Shown: in pieces, positions 14,731 through 25,950 of the stretch | Numbering within the stretch: the stretch's first letter is position 1 | Layout of the letters: each line of letters begins with the position of its first letter | DNA from: Utricularia gibba | Lineage: Eukaryota > Plantae > Magnoliophyta | NCBI GenBank assembly: GCA_002189035.1 | Contig: NEEC01000421.1 | Span: 1-27,390, forward strand | DNA length: 27,390 nucleotides | Direction: 5' to 3' | Notes under the pieces: generated by a model | Seen by the model: the letters and a program-made list of their open reading frames with translations, nothing else | Told to the model about the DNA's origin: nothing | The model's database searches: none | Made by a program: the position numbers and the translations under genes

Positions 14731-17700
14731 TTAAATGATCATCTCGAAATCCAAATTTCACATCGTCCCATGAAATACATACGTCTTGCATGTCAAAAAT
14801 CACATTCGCATCGAGTCAGGTGTCCCGAGTCACATTTTCGCGAATGGTGGCCACTTCGTTGCACATCTGAAGGCTAATATAAGGCAATCTTTCGAGCATT
14901 TGTGCAGCCTCGGACGAACAAGTTCTCAACACGAAAGAAGACCGGCTCGGAACGAGCTTCGAAACGGTATGATATGTGCAACATGACTCATCACCGTTGC
15001 AAGATATCCACTCGATACCGAAGAGTGCACGAGGCCACCATGAGGTTGTGGCTAGGGACACACCCTTAAATGATCATCTCGAAATCCAAAATTTCACATC
15101 GTCCCATGAAATACATATGTCTTGCATGTCAAAAATCACATTCGCATCGAGTCAGGTGTCCCGAGTCACATTTTCGCGAATGTGGTGGCCACTTCGTTGC
15201 ACATCTGAAGGCTAATATAAGGCAATCTTTCGAGCATTTGTGCAGCTCGGACGAACAAGTTCTCAACACGAAAGAAGACCGGCTCGGAACGAGCTTCGAA
15301 ACGGTATGATATGTGCAACATGACTCATCACCGTTGCAAGATATCCACTCGATACCGAAGAGTGCACGAGGCCACCATGAGGTTGTGGCTAGGGACACAC
15401 CCATGGCATCTTAAATGATCATCTCGAAATCCAAAATTTCACATCGTCCCATGAAATACATACGTCTTGCATGTCAAAAATCACATTCGCATCGAGTCAG
15501 GTGTCCCGAGTCACATTTCGCGAACGTGGTGGCCACTTCGTTGCACATCTGAAGGCTAATATAAGGCAATCTTTCGAGCATTTGTGCCCTCGGACGAACA
15601 AGTTCTCAACACGAAAGAAGACCGGCTCGGAACGAGCTTCGAAACGGTATGATATGTGCAACATGACTCATCACCGTTGCAAGATATCCACTCGATACCG
15701 AAGAGTGCACGAGGCCACCATGAGGTTGTGGCTAGGGACACACCATGGCATCTTAAATGATCATCTCGAAATCCAAAATTTCACATCGTCCCATGAAATA
15801 CATATGTCTTGCATGTCAAAATCACATTCGCATCGAGTCAGGTGTCCCGAGTCACATTTTCGCGAACGTGGTGGCCACTTCGTTGCACATCTGAAGGCTA
15901 ATATAAGGCAATCTTTCGAGCATTTGTGCCTCCTCGGACGAACAAGTTCTCAACACGAAAGAAGACCGGCTCGGAACGAGCTTCGAAACGGTATGATATG
16001 TGCAACATGACTCATCACCGTTGCAAGATATCCACTCGATACCGAAGAGTGCACGAGGCCACCATGAGGTTGTGGCTAGGGACACACCCATGGCATCTTA
16101 AATGATCATCTCGAAATCCAAAATTTCACATCGTCCCATGAAATACATATGTCTTGCATGTCAAAAATCACATTCGCATCGAGTCAGGTGTCCCGAGTCA
16201 CATTTTCGCGAACGTGGTGGCCACTTCGTTGCACATCTGAAGGCTAATATAAGGCAATCTTTCGAGCATTTGTGCAGCCTCGGACGAACAAGTTCTCAAC
16301 ACGAAAGAAGACCGGCTCGGAACGAGCTTCGAAACGGTATGATATGTGCAACATGACTCATCACCGTTCGCAAGATATCCACTCGATACCGAAGAGTGCA
16401 CGAGGCCACCATGAGGTTGTGGCTAGGGACACACCCTTAAATGATCATCTCGAAATCCAAAATTTCACATCGTCCCATGAAATACATATGTCTTGCATGT
16501 CAAAAATCACATTCGCATCGAGTCAGGTGTCCCGAGTCACATTTTCGCGAATGTGGTGGCCACTTCGTTGCACATCTGAAGGCTAATATAAGGCAATCTT
16601 TCGAGCATTTGTGCAGCCTCGGACGAACAAGTTCTCAACACGAAAGAAGACCGGCTCGGAACGAGCTTCGAAACGGTATGATATGTGCAACATGACTCAT
16701 CACCGTTGCAAGATATCCACTCGATACCGAAGAGTGCACGAGGCCACCATGAGGTGTGGCTAGGACACCACCCTTAAATGATCATCTCGAAATCCAAAAT
16801 TTCACATCGTCCATGAAATACATACGTCTTGCATGTCAAAAATCACATTCGCATCGAGTCAGGTGTCCCGAGTCACATTTTCGCGAATGTGGTGGCCACT
16901 TCGTTGCACATCTGAAGGCTAATATAAGGCAATCTTTCGAGCATTTGTGCAGCCTCGGACGAACAAGTTCTCAACACGAAAGAAGACCGGCTCGGAACGA
17001 GCTTCGAAACGGTATGATATGTGCAACATGACTCATCACCGTTCGCAAGATATCCACTCGATACCGAAGAGTGCACGAGGCCACCATGAGGTTGTGGCTA
17101 GGGACACACCCATGGCATCTTAAATGATCATCTCGAAATAAATTTCACATCGTCCCATGAAATACATATGTCTTGCATGTCAAAAATCACATTCGCATCG
17201 AGTCAGGTGTCCCGAGTCACATTTTCGCGAATGTGGTGGCCACTTCGTTGCACATCTGAAGGCTAATATAAGGCAATCTTTCGAGCATTTGTGCAGCCTC
17301 GGACGAACAAGTTCTCAACACGAAAGAAGACCGGCTCGGAACGAGCTTCGAAACGGTATGATATGTGCAACATGACTCATCACCGTTTGCAAGATATCCA
17401 CTCGATACCGAAGAGTGCACGAGGCCACCATGAGGTTGTGGCTAGGGACACACATCTTAAAATGATCATCTCGAAATCCAAATTTCACATCGTCCCATGA
17501 AATACATATGTCTTGCATGTCAAAAATCACATTCGCATCGAGTCAGGTGTCCCGAGTCACATTTTCGCGAATGTGGTGGCCACTTCGTTGCACATCTGAA
17601 GGCTAATATAAGGCAATCTTTCGAGCATTTGTGCAGCCTCGGACGAACAAGTTCTCAACACGAAAGAAGACCGGCTCGGAACGAGCTTCGAAACGGTATG

Positions 17701-20700
17701 ATATGTGCAACATGACTCATCACCGTTTGCAAGATATCCACTCGATACCGAAGAGTGCACGAGGCCACCATGAGGTTGTGGCTAGGGACACACCCCATCT
17801 TAAATGATCATCTCGAAATCCAAAATTTCACATCGTCCATGAAATACATACGTCTTGCATGTCAAAAATCACATTCGCATCGAGTCAGGTGTCCCGAGTC
17901 ACATTTTCGCGAACGTGGTGGCCACTTCGTTGCACATCTGAAGGCTAATATAAGGCAATCTTTCGAGCATTTGTGCCTCCTCGGACGAACAAGTTCTCAA
18001 CACGAAAGAAGACCGGCTCGGAACGAGCTTCGAAACGGTATGATATGTGCAACATGACTCATCACCGTTCGCAAGATATCCACTCGATACCGAAGAGTGC
18101 ACGAGGCCACCATGAGGTGTGGCTAGGACACACCCCTTAAATGATCATCTCGAAATCCAAAATTTCACATCGTCCCATGAAATACATACGTCTTGCATGT
18201 CAAAAATCACATTCGCATCGAGTCAGGTGTCCCGAGTCACATTTTCGCGAATGTGGTGGCCACTTCGTTGCACATCTGAAGGCTAATATAAGGCAATCTT
18301 TCGAGCATTTGTGCAGCTCGGACGAACAAGTTCTCAACACGAAAGAAGACGGCTCGGAACGAGCTTCGAAACGGTATGATATGTGCAACATGACTCATCA
18401 CCGTTCGCAAGATATCCACTCGATACCGAAGAGTGCACGAGGCCACCATGAGGTGTGGCTAGGGACACACCCTGGCATCTTAAATGATCATCTCGAAATC
18501 CAAAATTTCACATCGTCCATGAAATACATATGTCTTGCATGTCAAAAATCACATTCGCATCGAGTCAGGTGTCCCGAGTCACATTTTCGCGAATGTGGTG
18601 GCCACTTCGTTGCACATCTGAAGGCTAATATAAGGCAATCTTTCGAGCATTTGTGCCTCGGGAACGAACAAGTTCTCAACACGAAAGAAGACCGGCTCGG
18701 AACGAGCTTCGAAACGGTATGATATGTGCAACATGACTCATCACCGTTTGCAAGATATCCACTCGATACCGAAGAGTGCACGAGGCCACCATGAGGTTGT
18801 GGCTAGGGACACACATCTTAAATGATCATCTCGAAATCCAAAATTTCACATCGTCCCATGAAATACATATGTCTTGCATGTCAAAAATCACATTCGCATC
18901 GAGTCAGGTGTCCCGAGTCACATTTTCGCGAATGTGGTGGCCACTTCGTTGCACATCTGAAGGCTAATATAAGGCAATCTTTCGAGCATTTGTGCCCTCG
19001 GACGAACAAGTTCTCAACACGAAAGAAGACCGGCTCGGAACGAGCTTCGAAACGGTATGATATGTGCAACATGACTCATCACCGTTTGCAAGATATCCAC
19101 TCGATACCGAAGAGTGCACGAGGCCACCATGAGGTTGTGGCTAGGACACACCCATGGCATCTTAAATGATCATCTCGAAATCCAAAATTTCACATCGTCC
19201 CATGAAATACATATGTCTTGCATGTCAAAAATCACATTCGCATCGAGTCAGTGTCCCGAGTCACATTTTCGCGAACGTGGTGGCCACTTCGTTGCACATC
19301 TGAAGGCTAATATAAGGCAATCTTTCGAGCATTTGTGCAGCCTCGGACGAACAAGTTCTCAACACGAAAGAAGAGGCTCGGAACGAGCTTCGAAACGGTA
19401 TGATATGTGCAACATGACTCATCACCGTTCGCAAGATATCCACTCGATACCGAAGAGTGCACGAGGCCACCATGAGGTGTGGCTAGGGACACACCCTTAA
19501 ATGATCATCTCGAAATCCAAAATTTCACATCGTCCCATGAAATACATACGTCTTGCATGTCAAAAATCACATTCGCATCGAGTCAGGTGTCCCGAGTCAC
19601 ATTTTCGCGAATGTGGTGGCCACTTCGTTGCACATCTGAAGGCTAATATAAGGCAATCTTTCGAGCATTTGTGCCCTCGGACGAACAAGTTCTCAACACG
19701 AAAGAAGACCGGCTCGGAACGAGCTTCGAAACGGTATGATATGTGCAACATGACTCATCACCGTTCGCAAGATATCCACTCGATACCGAAGAGTGCACGA
19801 GGCCACCATGAGGTGTGGCTAGGGACACACCCCCTTAAATGATCATCTCGAAATCCAAAATTTCACATCGTCCCATGAAATACATACGTCTTGCATGTCA
19901 AAAATCACATTCGCATCGAGTCAGGTGTCCCGAGTCACATTTTCGCGAATGTGGTGGCCACTTCGTTGCACATCTGAAGGCTAATATAAGGCAATCTTTC
20001 GAGCATTTGTGCAGCCTCGGACGAACAAGTTCTCAACACGAAAGAAGACCGGCTCGGAACGAGCTTCGAAACGGTATGATATGTGCAACATGACTCATCA
20101 CCGTTCGCAAGATATCCACTCGATACCGAAGAGTGCACGAGGCCACCATGAGGTTGTGGCTAGGACACACATCTTAAATGATCATCTCGAAATCCAAATT
20201 TCACATCGTCCCATGAAATACATATGTCTTGCATGTCAAAAATCACATTCGCATCGAGTCAGGTGTCCCGAGTCACATTTTCGCGAATGTGGTGGCCACT
20301 TCGTTGCACATCTGAAGGCTAATATAAGGCAATCTTTCGAGCATTTGTGCAGCCTCGGACGAACAAGTTCTCAACACGAAAGAAGACCGGCTCGGAACGA
20401 GCTTCGAAACGGTGTATGTGTGCAACATGACTCATCACCGTTTGCAAGATATCCACTCGATACCGAAGAGTGCACGAGGCCACCATGAGGTTGTGGCTAG
20501 GGACACACCCTGGCATCTTAAATGATCATCTCGAAATCCAAAATTTCACATCGTCCATGAAATACATATGTCTTGCATGTCAAAAATCACATTCGCATCG
20601 AGTCAGGTGTCCCGAGTCACATTTTCGCGAATGGTGGCCACTTCGTTGCACATCTGAAGGCTAATATAAGGCAATCTTTCGAGCATTTGTGCAGACGAAC

Positions 20701-23700
20701 AAGTTCTCAACACGAAAGAAGACCGGCTCGGAACGAGCTTCGAAACGGTATGATATGTGCAACATGACTCATCACCGTTTTGCAAGATATCCACTCGATA
20801 CCGAAGAGTGCACGAGGCCACCATGAGGTTGTGGCTAGGGACACACCACATCTTAAATGATCATCTCGAAATCCAAAATTTCACATCGTCCCATGAAATA
20901 CATACGTCTTGCATGTCAAAAAATCACATTCGCATCGAGTCAGGTGTCCCGAGTCACATTTTCGCGAACGTGGTGGCCACTTCGTTGCACATCTGAAGGC
21001 TAATATAAGGCAATCTTTCGAGCATTTGTGCCTCCTCGGACGAACAAGTTCTCAACACGAAAGAAGACCGGCTCGGAACGAGCTTCGAAACGGGTATGTG
21101 TGCAACATGACTCATCACCGTTTGCAAGATATCCACTCGATACCGAAGAGTGCACGAGGCCACCATGAGGTTGTGGCTAGGACACACCCATGGCATCTTA
21201 AATGATCATCTCGAAATCCAAATTTCACATCGTCCCATGAAATACATATGTCTTGCATGTCAAAAATCACATTCGCATCGAGTCAGGTGTCCCGAGTCAC
21301 ATTTCGCGAATGTGGTGGCCACTTCGTTGCACATCTGAAGGCTAATATAAGGCAATCTTTCGAGCATTTGTGCAGCCTCGGACGAACAAGTTCTCAACAC
21401 GAAAGAAGACCGGCTCGGAACGAGCTTCGAAACGGTATGATATGTGCAACATGACTCATCACCGTTCGCAAGATATCCACTCGATACCGAAGAGTGCACG
21501 AGGCCACCATGAGGTTGTGGCTAGGGACACCACCCTTAAATGATCATCTCGAAATCCAAAATTTCACATCGTCCCATGAAATACATACGTCTTGCATGTC
21601 AAAAATCACATTCGCATCGAGTCAGGTGTCCCGAGTCACATTTTCGCGAATGGTGGCCACTTCGTTGCACATCTGAAGGCTAATATAAGGCAATCTTTCG
21701 AGCATTTGTGCCCTCGGACGAACAAGTTCTCAACACGAAAGAAGACCGGCTCGGAACGAGCTTCGAAACGGTATGATATGTGCAACATGACTCATCACCG
21801 TTCGCAAGATATCCACTCGATACCGAAGAGTGCACGAGGCCACCATGAGGTGGTGGCTAGGGACACACCCTTAAATGATCATCTCGAAATCCAAAATTTC
21901 ACATCGTCCCATGAAATACATACGTCTTGCATGTCAAAAATCACATTCGCATCGAGTCAGGTGTCCCGAGTCACATTTTCGCGAATGTGGTGGCCACTTC
22001 GTTGCACATCTGAAGGCTAATATAAGGCAATCTTTCGAGCATTTGTGCAGCCTCGGACGAACAAGTTCTCAACACGAAAGAAGACCGGCTCGGAACGAGC
22101 TTCGAAACGGTATGATATGTGCAACATGACTCATCACCGTTCGCAAGATATCCACTCGATACCGAAGAGTGCACGAGGCCACCATGAGGTTGTGGCTAGG
22201 GACACACCATGGCATCTTAAATGATCATCTCGAAATCCAAATTTCACATCGTCCCATGAAATACATATGTCTTGCATGTCAAAAATCACATTCGCATCGA
22301 GTCAGGTGTCCCGAGTCACATTTTCGCGAATGTGGTGGCCACTTCGTTGCACATCTGAAGGCTAATATAAGGCAATCTTTCGAGCATTTGTGCAGCTCGG
22401 ACGAACAAGTTCTCAACACGAAAGAAGACCGGCTCGGAACGAGCTTCGAAACGGTATGATATGTGCAACATGACTCATCACCATTTGCAAGATATCCACT
22501 CGATACCGAAGAGTGCACGAGGCCACCATGAGGTTGTGGCTAGGGACACACCCCATCTTAAATGATCATCTCGAAATCAAAATTTCACATCGTCCCATGA
22601 AATACATACGTCTTGCATGTCAAAAATCACATTCGCATCGAGTCAGGTGTCCCGAGTCACATTTTCGCGAATGTGGTGGCCACTTCGTTGCACATCTGAA
22701 GGCTAATATAAGGCAATCTTTCGAGCATTTGTGCTCGGACGAACAAGTTCTCAACACGAAAGAAGACCGGCTCGGAACGAGCTTCGAAACGGTATGATAT
22801 GTGCAACATGACTCATCACCGTTTGCAAGATATCCACTCGATACCGAAGAGTGCACGAGGCCACCATGAGGTTGTGGCTAGGGACACACCCTGGCATCTT
22901 AAATGATCATCTCGAAATCCAAAATTTCACATCGTCCCATGAAATACATATGTCTTGCATGTCAAAAATCACATTCGCATCGAGTCAGGTGTCCCGAGTC
23001 ACATTTTCGCGAACGTGGTGGCCACTTCGTTGCACATCTGAAGGCTAATATAAGGCAATCTTTCGAGCATTTGTGCCTCCTCGGACGAACAAGTTCTCAA
23101 CACGAAAAGAAGACCGGCTCGGAACGAGCTTCGAAACGGTATGATATGTGCAACATGACTCATCACCGTTTGCAAGATATCCACTCGATACCGAAGAGTG
23201 CACGAGGCCACCATGAGGTGGTGGCTAGGGACACACCCATGGCATCTTAAATGATCATCTCGAAATCCGAAATTTCACATCGTCCATGAAATACATATGT
23301 TTGCATGTCAAAAATCACATTCGCATCGAGTCAGGTGTCCCGAGTCACATTTTCGCGAATGTGGTGGCCACTTCGTTGCACATCTGAAGGCTAATATAAG
23401 GCAATCTTTCGAGCATTTGTGCAGCCTCGGACGAACAAGTTCTCAACACGAAAGAAGAGCTCGGAACGAGCTTCGAAACGGTATGATATGTGCAACATGA
23501 CTCATCACCGTTCGCAAGATATCCACTCGATACCGAAGAGTGCACGAGGCCACCATGAGGTTGTGGCTAGGGACACACCCTTAAATGATCATCTCGAAAT
23601 CCAAAATTTCACATCGTCCCATGAAATACATACGTCTTGCATGTCAAAAATCACATTCGCATCGAGTCAGGTGTCCCGAGTCACATTTTCGCGAAATGTG

Positions 23701-25705
23701 GTGGCCACTTCGTTGCACATCTGAAGGCTAATATAAGGCAATCTTTCGAGCATTTGTGCCTCGGACGAACAAGTTCTCAACACGAAAGAAGACCGGCTCG
23801 GAACGAGCTTCGAAACGGTATGATATGTGCAACATGACTCATCACCGTTTCGCAAGATATCCACTCGATACCGAAGAGTGCACGAGGCCACCATGAGGTG
23901 TGGCTAGGGACACACCCATCTTAAATGATCATCTCGAAATCCAAAATTTCACATCGTCCCATGAAATACATATGTCTTGCATGTCAAAAATCACATTCGC
24001 ATCGAGTCAGGTGTCCCGAGTCACATTTTCGCGAATGTGGTGGCCACTTCGTTGCACATCTGAAGGCTAATATAAGGCAATCTTTCGAGCATTTGTGCAG
24101 CTCGGACGAACAAGTTCTCAACACGAAAGAAGACGGCTCGGAACGAGCTTCGAAACGGTATGATATGTGCAACATGACTCATCACCGTTCGCAAGATATC
24201 CACTCGATACCGAAGAGTGCACGAGGCCACCATGAGGTTGTGGCTAGGGACACACATCTTAAATGATCATCTCGAAATCAAAATTTCACATCGTCCCATG
24301 AAATACATATGTCTTGCATGTCAAAAATCACATTCGCATCGAGTCAGGTGTCCCGAGTCACATTTTCGCGAATGTGGTGGCCACTTCGTTGCACATCTGA
24401 AGGCTAATATAAGGCAATCTTTCGAGCATTTGTGCAGCCTCGGACGAACAAGTTCTCAACACGAAAGAAGACCGGCTCGGAACGAGCTTCGAAACGGTAT
24501 GATATGTGCAACATGACTCATCACCGTTCGCAAGATATCCACTCGATACCGAAGAGTGCACGAGGCCACCATGAGGTGTGGCTAGGGACACACCCCATCT
24601 TAAATGATCATCTCGAAATCCAAAATTTCACATCGTCCCATGAAATACATACGTCTTGCATGTCAAAAATCACATTCGCATCGAGTCAGGTGTCCCGAGT
24701 CACATTTTCGCGAATGTGGTGGCCACTTCGTTGCACATCTGAAGGCTAATATAAGGCAATCTTTCGAGCATTTGTGCAGCCTCGGACGAACAAGTTCTCA
24801 ACACGAAAGAAGACCGGCTCGGAACGAGCTTCGAAACGGTATGATATGTGCAACATGACTCATCACCGTTCGCAAGATATCCACTCGATACCGAAGAGTG
24901 CACGAGGCCACCATGAGGTTGGCTAGGGACACACCCCATCTTAAATGATCATCTCGAAATCCAAAATTTCACATCGTCCCATGAAATACATATGTCTTGC
25001 ATGTCAAAAATCACATTCGCATCGAGTCAGGTGTCCCGAGTCACATTTTCGCGAATGTGGTGGCCACTTCGTTGCACATCTGAAGGCTAATATAAGGCAA
25101 TCTTTCGAGCATTTGTGCCTCCTCGGACGAACAAGTTCTCAACACGAAAGAAGACCGGCTCGGAACGAGCTTCGAAACGGTATGATATGTGCAACATGAC
25201 TCATCACCGTTCGCAAGATATCCACTCGATACCGAAGAGTGCACGAGGCCACCATGAGGTGTGGCTAGGGACACACCCTTAAATGATCATCTCGAAATCC
25301 AAAATTTCACATCGTCCCATGAAATACATACGTCTTGCATGTCAAAAATCACATTCGCATCGAGTCAGGTGTCCCGAGTCACATTTTCGCGAATGTGGTG
25401 GCCACTTCGTTGCACATCTGAAGGCTAATATAAGGCAATCTTTCGAGCATTTGTGCAGCTCGGACGAACAAGTTCTCAACACGAAAGAAGAGCTCGGAAC
25501 GAGCTTCGAAACGGTATGATATGTGCAACATGACTCATCACCGTTCGCAAGATATCCACTCGATACCGAAGAGTGCACGAGGCCACCATGAGGTGTGGCT
25601 AGGACACACCCCATCTTAAATGATCATCTCGAAATCCAAAATTTCACATCGTCCCATGAAATACATACGTCTTGCATGTCAAAAATCACATTCGCATCGA
25701 GTCAG

Positions 25706-25950
25706 GTGTCCCGAGTCACATTTTCGCGAATGTGGTGGCCACTTCGTTGCACATCTGAAGGCTAATATAAGGCAATCTTTCGAGCATTTGTGCAGCCTCG
25801 GACGAACAAGTTCTCAACACGAAAGAAGACCGGCTCGGAACGAGCTTCGAAACGGTATGATATGTGCAACATGACTCATCACCGTTTGCAAGATATCCAC
25901 TCGATACCGAAGAGTGCACGAGGCCACCATGAGGTTGTGGCTAGGGACAC
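25706..25950. repeat. Degenerate nested inverted repeat within each monomer (example copy)
   Basis: GTGTCCCGAGTCACA (25706-25720) matches the reverse complement of TGTGGCTAGGGACAC (25936-25950) at 13/15. TGGTGGCC (25733-25740) and GGCCACCA (25922-25929) pair 8/8. TCGTTGCAC (25744-25752) and GTGCACGA (25914-25921) pair with one bulge. The three pairs are colinear and nested. Confidence 0.65.
25850..25887. other. Imperfect hairpin / dyad symmetry present in every monomer (example copy)
   Basis: AAACGGT-ATGA-T-ATGT-[GCA]-ACAT-GAC-TCAT-C-ACCGTTT gives 7+4+4 bp stems. It is immediately preceded by a perfect 5-bp stem-loop GCTCG-GAA-CGAGC (25833-25845). Confidence 0.7.

Noticed and set aside
14720-14736. 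Telomere-like CTAGGG and CCCTTAAA at the short junction
   Set aside because: These are single degenerate copies with no TTAGGG or TTTAGGG tandem run, so they give no evidence for a subtelomeric position.
25762-25776. TATA/CAAT-like string CTAATATAAGGCAAT as a promoter
   Set aside because: It is a weak match, CAAT is on the wrong side of the TATA-like element, and there is no downstream gene.
25871-25884. Minus-strand GTGATGAGTC resembling the hammerhead core CUGAUGAG
   Set aside because: The first base is G, not C, and no helix II followed by GAAA lies downstream on that strand.
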